A DNA stretch of 64,000 bases, taken from the NCBI GenBank assembly GCA_963709875.1, contig CAVPYB010000012.1:545154-609153 (forward strand), given 5' to 3'. Within the stretch, counting starts at the first letter, position 1. Every line of letters begins with the position of its first letter. This stretch comes from an uncultured Chloroflexia bacterium. GTDB taxonomy: Bacteria > Chloroflexota > Anaerolineae > Anaerolineales > UBA4823. Positions 19,118-29,132 of the stretch are shown here, in pieces. A program made the position numbers and the translations under genes. The notes under the pieces were generated by a model. The model saw only the letters and a program-made list of their open reading frames with translations, did no database searches and was not told the DNA's origin.

Positions 19118-19783
19118 TTAATATCCCCAGTCGTTCTCCCAGCCATACCGGCCGCGCAAGGGGACGAAAGCAACCGCCACCAGCACATCCTTGCTGAATT
19201 CCGCACCCTTGCGCCGCCATTTCTCCAGGTACTGCCCCAGCCGTCCACCCACCGGGATGACCAGGCAGCCGCCATCGACAAGCTGCTGCAGCAGCCCTGG
19301 CGGCACGTCGGGAGCCGCCGCGGTGACCAGGATGGCATCGTATGGGGCGTGCACCTCCAGACCGACCGAACCATCCCCGGTGTGTACCTGCACGTTCTCC
19401 AGCTCCAGTGCGTGCAGCACCTGGCGCGCCTCATCCGCCAGCGAGGCATCCCGCTCGATGCTGTGTACTTCCTGAGCCAGCTGAGATAGGACTGCCGCCT
19501 GGTAGCCGGAGCCGGTGCCGACCTCGAGCACTTTCTCTTTCCCTTTTAGTTCCAGCAGCTGGGTCATCAGCGCCACGATATAGGGCTGCGAGATGGTCTG
19601 CCCGCTGCCGATGGGCAGCGGCCCGTCACTGTATGCCAGGTGGCGGTGTTCGGTCGGGACGAAAAGATGCCGCGGCACATTACGCATGGCCTCCAATACC
19701 CGCGCCTCGCGGATATCGCGCTTGTGGAGCTGTTCATCTACCATGCGCAGTCGCTCAGCGGTGTAGCGGGTCTCCTCGTCCAT
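19118..19783 (-). CDS. pcm: Protein-L-isoaspartate O-methyltransferase
   Basis: 221 aa with QTISQPYIVALM and VLEVGTGSGYQAAVL motifs. Confidence 0.95.
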   Translation of the reverse strand: MDEETRYTAERLRMVDEQLHKRDIREARVLEAMRNVPRHLFVPTEHRHLAYSDGPLPIGSGQTISQPYIVALMTQLLELKGKEKVLEVGTGSGYQAAVLSQLAQEVHSIERDASLADEARQVLHALELENVQVHTGDGSVGLEVHAPYDAILVTAAAPDVPPGLLQQLVDGGCLVIPVGGRLGQYLEKWRRKGAEFSKDVLVAVAFVPLRGRYGWENDWGY

Positions 19784-19792
19784 GCTCTTCTT

Positions 19793-20818
19793 TCAGATAA
19801 AGGCTCTCAGCAGGTGCCGCCAGAAATCATCTCGCTTCGCCGGGATATAGGGCAGGTACAGCCCCAGGCGGTCGGCCACCTCCGAGTAGCGCTCTTTCAA
19901 GGCCTCAGGCAGCTCGGCCGGGCTGGCCACCACGGCGAAGGTCTCCAACATCCCCTGGTCGATCAGCGCCGGCATGTCGCCCCACTGGCCGCGCTTCGCC
20001 AGCGCAGAGAGCTGCACGGCGATATCCTCCCAGCCGTGCAGCGCCATCACCGCCCGGTAGGAGGGCGTCGAGGCGTAGAAGGCGATCTGGGAGCGCACAA
20101 AAAGATCCTCCTCCGGTGAGGTGACCACGAATGCCGAGACAGAGACCTGGACATCGTCTCGCTTCCGACCGGACTGCTGTGCCCCCTCTTCGATAGCTGG
20201 CAGCAGGACCTGCTGCAGGTAAGCCGGGGAGTGGAAGGGGTGCACCTGGAAGCCATCCGCAGCTTCGCCCGCCAGGCGCGCCAGCCCGGTGTTGACCCCG
20301 GCGATGAAGATCGGGATCCGCGGGTGCTCGATGCGCCCGGGGTCGAAGAAGGGCGACATCAGGGTAAGCTTGTAATACTCGCCCCGGAAGTCCAGCTTCT
20401 CCCCATTCTGCCAGGCGCTCCAGAAGGCGCGCACTGCGGTGATCTGCTCGCGCAGCTTGCCCACCACAGAGTCGGGCCAGGGCATGCCGAAGCGCCGCTC
20501 GATATGCGCCTTCACCTGCGTGCCCAGCCCGAGGATGAAGCGCCCTCCGGATGCCTGCGCCAGGTCCCAGGCGGTGTATGCCAGCGTCGCCGGGCTGCGC
20601 GCGAAGGCGATCGCCACCGCCGTGCCGAAGCGCAGCCGCTGCGTGTGCTCGGCGATCAGCGCACCTGGCAGGAAGGGATCATGGACCGTCTCGGATGACC
20701 AGACTGCGTCGAAACCGAGCGCTTCCGCCGCCGTTGCGATGGCAGGCACTTCCTTCAGCGGCACCGGGGGTAAGGTGGCATCTAAGTAGAGATCCTTCCC
20801 AGGCATTATCATCTCCAA
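19793..20818 (-). CDS. Luciferase-like (LLM class) F420-dependent oxidoreductase
   Basis: 341 aa with LLM TIM-barrel pattern (FDAVWSSETVHDPF..., FILGLGTQVKAHIERRFG). Confidence 0.8.
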   Translation of the reverse strand: MEMIMPGKDLYLDATLPPVPLKEVPAIATAAEALGFDAVWSSETVHDPFLPGALIAEHTQRLRFGTAVAIAFARSPATLAYTAWDLAQASGGRFILGLGTQVKAHIERRFGMPWPDSVVGKLREQITAVRAFWSAWQNGEKLDFRGEYYKLTLMSPFFDPGRIEHPRIPIFIAGVNTGLARLAGEAADGFQVHPFHSPAYLQQVLLPAIEEGAQQSGRKRDDVQVSVSAFVVTSPEEDLFVRSQIAFYASTPSYRAVMALHGWEDIAVQLSALAKRGQWGDMPALIDQGMLETFAVVASPAELPEALKERYSEVADRLGLYLPYIPAKRDDFWRHLLRAFI

Positions 20819-21057
20819 TCGATCAGCGATCGGATTAGTTCTGATCGATCCATGCCAAGATGAGCAGACACATCTCTTAATACAGCATTCAGAGTCCCTG
20901 CTCGGAGTTGGCCATGTCGCGGGATTGTTACATGGTGTTCACCACCTCGCTGCGTGGTGAGGCGAATATGACTGCCGGACTGTCGGGTTGTTATATGGCC
21001 ATAATTGCTCAAGAACTTGGCAAGCTCATCTCCGCTCAAATCACGCGGGAGCCTCAT
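20809..21057 (-). CDS. hicA: HicA-family toxin
   Basis: LSGDELAKFLSNYGHITTRQSGSHIRLTT...HHVTIPRHGQL. Confidence 0.8.
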   Translation of the reverse strand: MRLPRDLSGDELAKFLSNYGHITTRQSGSHIRLTTQRGGEHHVTIPRHGQLRAGTLNAVLRDVSAHLGMDRSELIRSLIDWR

Positions 21058-21263
21058 ACCAGTACCACCTCTTCTTTCACCAGGTGCAATCGGATAATAG
21101 AAGGCATACTCGCAGGTTCAAAATGACAACGCACAGCATCTTGAACATTTACTTTCAGTTCGTCCCAACTATCGCCCTCTGTGAAAATCGAATGACCTAA
21201 TGCATGAGATGTATACCCACCTTCGGGAGCTTCTTCAACCATAAAGATGACTTCATTCACCAT
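21054..21263 (-). CDS. hicB: HicB-like antitoxin
   Basis: MVNEVIFMVEEAPEGGYTSHALGHSIFTEGDSWDELKVNVQDAV. The stop overlaps the hicA start. Confidence 0.7.
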   Translation of the reverse strand: MVNEVIFMVEEAPEGGYTSHALGHSIFTEGDSWDELKVNVQDAVRCHFEPASMPSIIRLHLVKEEVVLV

Positions 21264-21298
21264 ACGATTACTCCTGATTACCAAATTCCATATTACTA

Positions 21299-22345
21299 CT
21301 AACTGAGTATATACGCCACCAGCCACTGGGTCGTAGCTGTGAGCGCCTCCAGGTGCGTGCGCTCGTAGTTGTGCGAGGCGTCCACGCCCGGGCCGATCAG
21401 CGCTACCGCCACATCACCGCCCGAGCGCCAGTATGCCTCGCCGTCCGATCCGTAATACGGGTAGATGTCCACTTTGTATGGGATGCCGTTCGTCTCCGCC
21501 AGCTCGCGCATGCGCTGGCTCAGTGCATGATGGTAAGGCCCGCCCGAATCCTTGACGCACAGTGTGGCATGGAATTCGTCAGAGGCTTGCCCGTCACCCA
21601 CCGCGGCCATATCGATGGTGACCAACTCGGCCATCTCCGGCGGGAAGCCGACCGCCGCTCCGTGCCCCACCTCCTCGTAATTGCTGATGTGCAGCGTGAT
21701 GGACTGGGCAGGCTTGAGCCCGGCGTCCTGCAGCGCCTTGACCGCCGCCAGCAGGCAGGCCACGCAGGCCTTGTCGTCCAGGTGCCGAGAGCGGATGAAA
21801 CCCTCAGTAATCTCTAGGCGCGGGTCGAAAGCCACGAAGTCGCCCACCTGGATGCCCAGATCACGCGTCTCATCCGCGCTTGTAGTGCGGGCGTCCAGGC
21901 GCACTTCGACATGCTCGTCGTCGCGCTTTGCGTCCGCCAGCTCGTTGCCGTACACGTGGTAAGAGGCCTTGGTCACCAGCAGCGAGCCGCGCACTTCCCC
22001 CCCACCGCTGGCAAATATCGTGCAGCCCTCGCCTTCGACAGTGTTCCAGGGGAAGCTGCCCACCTTGCTCAGCTTGAGCCGCCCGCTGGGCTTGATCTCC
22101 TTGACCATCGCCCCCAGCGTGTCGACGTGGGCGGTCAGGCCGCGCGGAGCGTCCTCTCGCTCGCCGTGCCAGGTCGCCACCAGCGCACCCTTGCGGTTCT
22201 GGCGCACCTCCAGAGCAGGGAACTCCCCCAGCTCCGCTTTGCAGTAGTCGATCGCCCGCTGGCAGTAGCCGGTCGGGCTGGGGATGTTGAGCAGGTCAGA
22301 GAGGATTCTCAGCAAGTAGTCGGTGTCGATGTCCGGTAGGGGCAT
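21299..22345 (-). CDS. M42-family metallo-aminopeptidase
   Basis: 348 aa with FrvX/M42-like pattern (LLNIPSPTGY, HVDTLGAMV, RHLDDKACV, NYEEVGHGAA). Confidence 0.8.
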   Translation of the reverse strand: MPLPDIDTDYLLRILSDLLNIPSPTGYCQRAIDYCKAELGEFPALEVRQNRKGALVATWHGEREDAPRGLTAHVDTLGAMVKEIKPSGRLKLSKVGSFPWNTVEGEGCTIFASGGGEVRGSLLVTKASYHVYGNELADAKRDDEHVEVRLDARTTSADETRDLGIQVGDFVAFDPRLEITEGFIRSRHLDDKACVACLLAAVKALQDAGLKPAQSITLHISNYEEVGHGAAVGFPPEMAELVTIDMAAVGDGQASDEFHATLCVKDSGGPYHHALSQRMRELAETNGIPYKVDIYPYYGSDGEAYWRSGGDVAVALIGPGVDASHNYERTHLEALTATTQWLVAYILS

Positions 22346-22367
22346 TTAGGTTCTCCTTAAAGATTGA

Positions 22368-22473
22368 AACACGAAGGTCGCAAAGAGATCACGAAGATTC
22401 TCCAGGATTTTTTGTATGCCGGTAGTCAACAATACTTCGTGATCCTTTGTGTATCCTTCGCGTCCTTCGTGTT
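22368..22473. repeat. Long imperfect inverted repeat (REP/MITE-like)
   Basis: aacacgaaggtcgcaaagagatcacgaag (22368..22396) pairs with the reverse complement of cttcgtgatcctttgtgtatccttcgcgtccttcgtgtt (22435..22473). Confidence 0.5.
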
Positions 22474-22900
22474 AAAGATCTCTCTCCAGATCTTCGAAAT
22501 TCTGAATGGCCTCCCGCCAGCGGTCCGGCAAGGGGATGGTCTTACCCTCTCGGTAATCGTACGCCACCTGCACGCTGGAGCCATTCGCCAGCTCCTGCCC
22601 AGTCTGGATCTCCTCCAGGCGGTACTGCATGTCCAGGCTCTTGTTGCCCAGCCGCGAGACGCGCACCCCCGCCCTCACCCGGTCGGTGAAGCGGATCGGA
22701 ATGAGGAAGGTGACCCGCGCCTCTGCCAGGATGAAGCCGACATCCAGGAAAGAAGTGGCGTCCCACAAACCCAGGTTTCTGATGTACTGCACGCGCGCCT
22801 GCTCCATATAGGTCATGAACTTGGCGTTGTTGACGTGCCCTTGCGGGTCCAGGTCGCCGTAGCGCACTTCGATGGGGTGGTAGAAGCGGAATTCGGTCAC
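22472..22900 (-). CDS. Acyl-CoA thioesterase, 4HBT/YbgC hotdog family
   Basis: VRYGDLDPQGHVNNAKFMTYMEQAR. Confidence 0.85.
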   Translation of the reverse strand: MTEFRFYHPIEVRYGDLDPQGHVNNAKFMTYMEQARVQYIRNLGLWDATSFLDVGFILAEARVTFLIPIRFTDRVRAGVRVSRLGNKSLDMQYRLEEIQTGQELANGSSVQVAYDYREGKTIPLPDRWREAIQNFEDLERDL

Positions 22901-23003
22901 ATCAGGATTATACCCGTTGAAGATCGTCAGCTATCCACGAATAAGCACGAAAGGGTAGTTACCTGATGTCTCACCCATAATGGGTTTTTCTTCAGCCAGG
23001 TTC

Positions 23004-24278
23004 TCATGGCGCATCTCCCGGTTTGAAGTAAAATCTTGGCGGCAGATACATATCGACTGAATATTGGCCCCCGCCGATGATCTTATCACCAACTCTATCC
23101 TCTACCGTGACCGTTTGGAAGGCGCCATCCGGACCCTGGTAGACGATCGTCTTGCCGTCCAGCAGCCACTCCGGCCATAAGCCACTGGCAACCGGGTTGA
23201 TCTTGCCGTCGAAGTCGAGGGTGAATATCTGGTCCTCCAGCCCGTAAACCGCCACCAAGTCCGACCTCGGAGAACAGGTTATCCTCTGCAAACCCATCGA
23301 ATCCCCGTCCGTTTCCCCTTCCACCGGGGTCACATCCCCGCTGGCGAAATCGAAGATGAATAAGCCCGACAGCGCCTGCTCAGACGGGTCAGAAAAGCCG
23401 ATCAAGAACAAGATCTTGCTCCCGTCGGTGGAAAAGATGGGCCAGGAATGCACCTCGTCCTTGGCCTGGCTCAAGTAAACCAGCTTGCCGTCGGATGGAT
23501 GCCAAAGAGCCAGCACCGTGAAGGCCAGCCCATCCGGCTCGACCATCTCGGGTGTGTAAGTCTCGACTGCCAGGCTGGAGCCGTCCGGCGACCAGGTGAA
23601 GCCCAACAAGACGCGCTCGACCCGGGCAAGCTCCTTGCCGCCCAGGTCGATGACCCTCAGGATATCGTCTTTATCGGTATAGGCGATCCTTTCGACGGTT
23701 GGGGACCAGGCGGCTGAGTTCGCCGTGTGATCCGTGGTTAGCTGGGTTGATTGGTTGGTGTACACATCCAGGTACCACAAGTCGGTCGTGTCGCTGTGGT
23801 ACTCCGCCTGCTGCACCCTGCCTCTGCCGTACAGGAGCTTTGTGCCGTCGCGGTTCCAGCCGAAGATCACCGGTACGTCGCCGCTCTCGGTGAGTGGCTG
23901 GTATTTATCCGCCTCTGTCAAGTAAATATCTCCATTTGCCAATATGGCCGCTGTGCTAAGCAATATTGGTTGTTCCTCTGGAGATGACTGCATTGCAGTA
24001 GTCGTGATCGATGGTAAGCCTTTTGGTACATCTGTCAGTGTTGAGATAAGTGATGGAGTTGAGGTCGAGGAATCGACCGTCCCAGTGGACGGCAGAATTG
24101 TGGCAGTCTGGAGCATTGTTCCTGTATTGCTAGATTCCGGATGAGTGAAGACATTGAACACAAGTATCAAGCCAGCAAACAGCAGCCCTATCAATAAGAA
24201 TACGAACAAAGCGGATACAAAGGACCTGGTTCTTCCCACATTTCCCTCCAGAACGCATATCCAGATAGACATAATCAT
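23004..24278 (-). CDS. Membrane-anchored WD40-like (TolB/PD40) beta-propeller protein
   Basis: TM helix followed by repeated SPDGS/DGSKILF-type blades. The start was chosen at an internal Met to avoid overlapping the divergent gene. Confidence 0.7.
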   Translation of the reverse strand: MIMSIWICVLEGNVGRTRSFVSALFVFLLIGLLFAGLILVFNVFTHPESSNTGTMLQTATILPSTGTVDSSTSTPSLISTLTDVPKGLPSITTTAMQSSPEEQPILLSTAAILANGDIYLTEADKYQPLTESGDVPVIFGWNRDGTKLLYGRGRVQQAEYHSDTTDLWYLDVYTNQSTQLTTDHTANSAAWSPTVERIAYTDKDDILRVIDLGGKELARVERVLLGFTWSPDGSSLAVETYTPEMVEPDGLAFTVLALWHPSDGKLVYLSQAKDEVHSWPIFSTDGSKILFLIGFSDPSEQALSGLFIFDFASGDVTPVEGETDGDSMGLQRITCSPRSDLVAVYGLEDQIFTLDFDGKINPVASGLWPEWLLDGKTIVYQGPDGAFQTVTVEDRVGDKIIGGGQYSVDMYLPPRFYFKPGDAP

Positions 24279-24388
24279 TATCGCGCAATTTTCAGCCCTT
24301 AATAGTATTAGTTCAGCTGAGCACCTGATCCTTAGCAGAATATGAATCACTGCTCCGCATACACATCTCCTCCCCCACCTGCGGTATA

Positions 24389-25966
24389 ATGCGGCGCATG
24401 GAAAACAACGAATTCGATGAAACACGACCTTACCCGGTACCTCCCGAGGAGGAGGACGCTGGTCCAGACCCAGAAATCACCCTGCCCACCCGGGTGGGCC
24501 CGCCCGAACCCGAAGCGGATGACCCGGCGCAGACAATGCTCCTACACCTGGAGGAGATGACCGCTTCCGGCTCCAACTCCGGATACGAAGAGACCATTCC
24601 ACCGCCGCCCACCCAGCCGGCGGATGAAACCGACCCGGGGGAGATGACCGTCCCTACCCGCGTGGAGCAGCCTGCCGACGCCCCGGATGCCGGGGACACT
24701 CCTGCTGATGATGATGATGAGCGAGTTGAGATCCAGGATGGCGAGATCATCGCAGCCTCCAGCACAGATGAAATGCCGTCCAGCAATGAAGCACCGCCCA
24801 CGCCGCCCTATGATCCCGCAGCGACCCCACCGGCAGCCCCCAAGCGCCCCTCCCCCCTGCGCTGGATCGCTCTGATCGGCGTGCTGGTGCTGGTGCTGAT
24901 CGCGGCAGGCAGCGCCTACGCCGGCTACCAGTCGGGCATCAGCCAGCGCACCGGCGCCGAATCCGTGCAGATCGCCCAGCAAGTGCAGGAGCAATTCGAG
25001 CTGGGCGTGCAGGACATGCAAGCCCGGCGCTTCGACCTGGCGCGCCAGCGCTTCGAGTACGTCATCGAGCACGACCCCAGCTACCCCGGTGTGACCGAGA
25101 AGCTGGCCGAAGTGCTGCTGAGCATGAACTCGACCGCCACCCCCACAATCGCCCCGACACCGACCGTCACCCCCACGCCGGATACGCGCGGCGTCGACGA
25201 GCTTCACAGCCAGGCGCAAGAGCACCTCTCCAACAGCGAGTGGACCCTGGCAATCGATACGCTGCTCGCCCTGCGCAAGGCCGACCCGATGTTCCAGCCG
25301 GTCTGGGTAGACGGCGGGCTGTACGTGGCATACATCAACCGCGGGCGGGATAAGATCCTGCGCGACAGCGACCTGGAGGGCGGCATGTACGACCTGAGGC
25401 AGGCCGAGCAGATCGGGCCGCTGGACGCCAACTCCAAGAGCTACCAGACCTGGGCGCGCCTGTACATCACCGGGGCCAGCTTCTGGGAGCTGGACTGGGC
25501 GCAGGTGGTTTACTACTTCGCCCAGATACAGCCGGCACTGCCCAACCTGCGCGACGGCTCCGGCTGGACCGCCACCGAGCGCCTGCGCCTGGGCTATGCC
25601 GGATACGGGGATTTCCTGGCGGAGAACGGTGATGCCTGCGTGGCAGTGGAGCAGTTCGAATTATCCCTCCAATTAGGCACCGACCCGCTGGTCGAGGAAG
25701 CCTGGACTGCCGCACTGGAAGCCTGCGACGGCAAGGATCGGGACGACGACGATGGCAATTCTGACTCCAGCTCGCAGCCGGCTGTCACGGATACTCCCCC
25801 GGTTGAGACCGCCCCACCCCAGGCGGAGCCGACAGCCACTCAGCCCGCACCCACACAGCCGCAACCGACCGAAGCACCACCCACCCAGCCACCGCCGACC
25901 GAAGCACCACCCACGGAGCCGCCTCCCACCGAAGCCCTACCTCCTGAGGCAACCGCGACCCCCTAG
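24389..25966 (+). CDS. Membrane-anchored TPR-like protein with acidic N-terminus and PT-rich tail
   Basis: Acidic and Pro-rich N-terminus, TM helix, APTPTVTPTP linker, helical repeats, and a C-terminal PTEAPPTQPPPTEAPPTEPPPTE repeat. Confidence 0.6.
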   Translation: MRRMENNEFDETRPYPVPPEEEDAGPDPEITLPTRVGPPEPEADDPAQTMLLHLEEMTASGSNSGYEETIPPPPTQPADETDPGEMTVPTRVEQPADAPDAGDTPADDDDERVEIQDGEIIAASSTDEMPSSNEAPPTPPYDPAATPPAAPKRPSPLRWIALIGVLVLVLIAAGSAYAGYQSGISQRTGAESVQIAQQVQEQFELGVQDMQARRFDLARQRFEYVIEHDPSYPGVTEKLAEVLLSMNSTATPTIAPTPTVTPTPDTRGVDELHSQAQEHLSNSEWTLAIDTLLALRKADPMFQPVWVDGGLYVAYINRGRDKILRDSDLEGGMYDLRQAEQIGPLDANSKSYQTWARLYITGASFWELDWAQVVYYFAQIQPALPNLRDGSGWTATERLRLGYAGYGDFLAENGDACVAVEQFELSLQLGTDPLVEEAWTAALEACDGKDRDDDDGNSDSSSQPAVTDTPPVETAPPQAEPTATQPAPTQPQPTEAPPTQPPPTEAPPTEPPPTEALPPEATATP

Positions 25967-25969
25967 TCC

Positions 25970-26476
25970 ATGACCCCTCCGTTCTGGGCATTGAGCCTGG
26001 TCTACTGGCTGCACATGCTCGCCACCGTGGTCTGGATCGGCGGTCTGGCAGCCGTGGTGCTGCTGGTGCTTCCAGCAGCCCGCAGGTCGCTGGACGCCCC
26101 GGCATACGCTGCACTGCTGGTCGCCCTCCAGCGTCGCCTCGACCCGCTGGGCTGGATCAGCCTGCTGGTGCTGGTCGGCACCGGCCTGTTCCAGATGAGC
26201 GCCAGCCCGAACTACCAGGGCTTCCTGGCGGTCAGCAACCGCTGGGCAGCCGCCATCCTGGTCAAGCACCTGGTCTTCTTGCTCATGATCGGCGTGAGCG
26301 CCTATCTCACCTGGGGTCTCATGCCCCACCTGGGGCGCGTCGCCCTGCGGCAGTCGCGCGGCCTGGATGCGCCCGAAGCGGAGAGATTACAGCGCCGGGA
26401 GATATCCCTGATGCGTATCAATTTGCTCTTAGGTGCGCTCGTCCTGGCCCTGACAGCGATCGCAAGGGTATCGTAA
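25970..26476 (+). CDS. CopD-like membrane protein
   Basis: WLHMLATVVWIGGLAAVVLL pattern with 4-5 TM helices. Confidence 0.55.
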   Translation: MTPPFWALSLVYWLHMLATVVWIGGLAAVVLLVLPAARRSLDAPAYAALLVALQRRLDPLGWISLLVLVGTGLFQMSASPNYQGFLAVSNRWAAAILVKHLVFLLMIGVSAYLTWGLMPHLGRVALRQSRGLDAPEAERLQRREISLMRINLLLGALVLALTAIARVS

Positions 26477-26488
26477 AGTGATGAGTTT

Positions 26489-26526
26489 GGTGTATATTTC
26501 GGGCGCTTCTGCCCGAAATATACACC
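26489..26526. terminator. Bidirectional intrinsic terminator
   Basis: Perfect 16-bp stem ggtgtatatttcgggc-gcttct-gcccgaaatatacacc followed by aaatttttattt. Confidence 0.8.
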
Positions 26527-26536
26527 AAATTTTTAT

Positions 26537-28070
26537 TTAAGGGCGGGGAGAAAAGTAAAACTCGTCCGGTTCGTCAGGATAGTAATAAATAATCGTGCGT
26601 TCGGGGAAGTCCGCCGCCAGGGCTGCGTCTGCCCTTGGGCCACGGGCAAAGGTGAAGATGAAGGGCGTGTCCAAGACGGGGTCCTGCAGCTCGAGTAATG
26701 CACCGTACTCCGTCCAGTGATCGGGGTGCACGATGACCAGCGCCGGGGTCAGTTCCTGCGCTTCCTGGGTCAGGAACGGCGCCAGGCGAGCGCGCGAGAT
26801 GCCGTACAGCGCATGCATCCCTCCCACCCTCAGCGGCACGTAATAGATCAGGTTCAGGCTGACCAGCAGCGCCACCAGGGCGGTGACCGCCAGCGGGCGC
26901 AGGCGCCTGCGCCCAAGGTACTGCTGCCACGTTTGTTCGGGGGTGATCGGCCAGCCAGCCAGCAGGGCGATACCCGCCGCGCTGAGAATGGTCAGGCTGT
27001 ACAGCCCTTCGTAATAGTAGCGCGGCCCGGTCAGCCAGGAGCCAATCCAGTACGCCAGGTAGACCAGCACCAGGCTGGGATAGACACTCCCCACCAGCAA
27101 GCCCCTCCACAGCCGGTAGCGCAGCACTGCCAGCACGCCGAACGGCAGGAACAGCCACGAAAACCTGGCCCAGCCGAACAAATCGTGCCAGCCCACCCAC
27201 AAGCTGAATTCGGTATTGACCTGCGCCTGGCGCAGGGTGTGGCCGGCTTCTCTGCGCCCCACTCCGGGGCCGAAGCCGACCTTGTCGTACTCCCACCACA
27301 GGGTGTACGGGTTCAAGGCTGCGTCACCGGTCAAGGCGAATTGCCACAGGAAGTGCAGCGCCACGAAGAAGAGCACGATCAGCCCGAAGACCACCAGACG
27401 CCAGCGCCCCTGCCTGTCCGTACGGAACAGCAAGTACAGCCCGTGCAGCGCAAACGGCAGCAGCACGCCCACCGCGGTCATCGGGCGGGTGCTGATCAGC
27501 AGCCCCATGCTCAGCGCGGCGGTAGTGATCGCCAGCCAGGGCCAGTAATCGGGCTTAGTTTTAGCACCTTCGGTATCCCAGGCATCCAGCCACGCCAACG
27601 CAAAGGCCGCGCTCGAGGAACAGTCCCAGCGGGTGCGAGAGCAGCGTGCCGGTGTTCATCAAGAAGAAGGGTGAGGTCAGCATCAAGCCCGCCGCCAGCA
27701 GCCCGACCGTGCTGCCAAAGACGCGCTGCCCCAGCCGGTAGGTCAGCCAGACCGCCGCTCCAGACAGCAGGGCATTGACCAGCGGCCGCACCCCCAGCAG
27801 CACCCCAAACGCCAGCGTGACCGGCCAGCCCAGCGGGTATTTCCCGAACCTCTGACCTTCGTAATCGACTACGAAAGGCACCAGGAAGCTCTTCGGGTGA
27901 GGTGGAGAAGGCAGCGTCAGATGACCTTCAGCGATCGCCTGCGCCTGCCAGACGTAGGCGGCTTCGTCCTCGATATGTGCCATGCCTTCGTAGATGCGTG
28001 TCGCGATCAGCCAGCCGGCCAGGACAGCCAGCAGACTCAGGAGCAGGGCAATGCGATCGGGGCGTGACAT
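26537..28070 (-). pseudogene. GT-C (family 39/ArnT-like) glycosyltransferase, one +1 frameshift as assembled
   Basis: ORFs 27561..28070 and 26537..27598 join as ...SHPLGLFL / SAAFALAWLDAWDTEG with a +1 shift at ~27613-27617. Confidence 0.75.
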
Positions 28071-28088
28071 CTCTGTTTTGCTGCTTAA

Positions 28089-29132
28089 CTAAGCCTGGAT
28101 GACCCCCAGGGCTTCCAGGGCTGCGGGGTGCAGCCGCGAATTCGATGCCAGAACGCCGCGGTTGTGCGCCAGTGTGCGACCAGCGGAGAAATCCAGGGCT
28201 TTGCCGTGCAGGTCGGTGATCTTGCCGCCGGCCTCCTGCACCACCAGCGATCCCGCTGCCTGGTCCCAGATTTTCTCCCGGTAATCCGGCTTTGCCGGCG
28301 AGAGCAGGCGCAGCAGCAGGTCCCCCATGCCCGCCGCCAGTAAGGCATATTTGGCCTGGCTGTCCATCCGCACCGGCTGCGCCTGGATTCCGGCCGCGTG
28401 GGCGAACTCGGCGATCTGGTCCAGGTTGGTGTGCCCGGCTTCGAAGGAGCGCAGCAGGCGGGCATCCTGCAGGTCATCCCGCCTGGATGCGTGCAGACGG
28501 CGGAACTCTCCCGGCTCGCTGAGCGAGGTCGCCCAGGTCCCCTGCCCGCGCTGGGCCAGCACCAGCAGACCGGCCCTGCCCATCTCGACCGCCAGCGGCG
28601 GGGAGTAAAGTCCGGCAGGGACATTCCCGGCAAGTGCCAGGTTTGGGCAGCCAAGCACGCCGATCTGCACCTGTCCATCCACCACCAGCGCCAGCGCCGC
28701 CGCGTACTGGTCGCCGCGCAGGAAGCCCTTGGTGCCGTCGATCGGGTCCAGCGTCCAAAAACGACCCGCTGGCTCGCCTGCACCGCGCTCGATCCAGTCG
28801 CAGACCGCCTCCGGGGTGGCCTGGGGGATATTGCCCCTCACGAAGCGGGCGACCTGCCCGAGCAGCGAATCTTCGCTCACCCCATTACCATCCAGGCCTG
28901 AAAGCAGACCTGCCGACTCCTCTTCGGCAACCAGCGCGTCGGCGGGAAATGTGTATTCCAGCAGGTACGCCACCAGCGCCTGCGAGGCGTAATCGGCCAC
29001 CGTGACCGGCGAGCGGTCATCCTTGGTCAGGGCAGGCGTGACCATCTCCATCTGGATGTTTTTCACCAGCAGGGATGCACTGCGTACAGCCTGCAGAGCG
29101 AAAATGATCTCGGGGGCGGCGGTATCGATCAT
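28089..29132 (-). CDS. 3'(2'),5'-bisphosphate nucleotidase (IMPase superfamily, HAL2/CysQ-like)
   Basis: WTLDPIDGTKGF and IWDQAAGSLVV motifs. The ATG overlaps the rimO stop (ATGA). Confidence 0.85.
   Translation of the reverse strand: MIDTAAPEIIFALQAVRSASLLVKNIQMEMVTPALTKDDRSPVTVADYASQALVAYLLEYTFPADALVAEEESAGLLSGLDGNGVSEDSLLGQVARFVRGNIPQATPEAVCDWIERGAGEPAGRFWTLDPIDGTKGFLRGDQYAAALALVVDGQVQIGVLGCPNLALAGNVPAGLYSPPLAVEMGRAGLLVLAQRGQGTWATSLSEPGEFRRLHASRRDDLQDARLLRSFEAGHTNLDQIAEFAHAAGIQAQPVRMDSQAKYALLAAGMGDLLLRLLSPAKPDYREKIWDQAAGSLVVQEAGGKITDLHGKALDFSAGRTLAHNRGVLASNSRLHPAALEALGVIQA

Noticed and set aside
24279-24425. The upstream Met at 24425 as the start of the TolB-like gene.
   Set aside because: It would overlap the divergently transcribed 24389 gene and adds a Cys/Arg-rich non-homologous leader. 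The internal Met just before the TM helix is more plausible.
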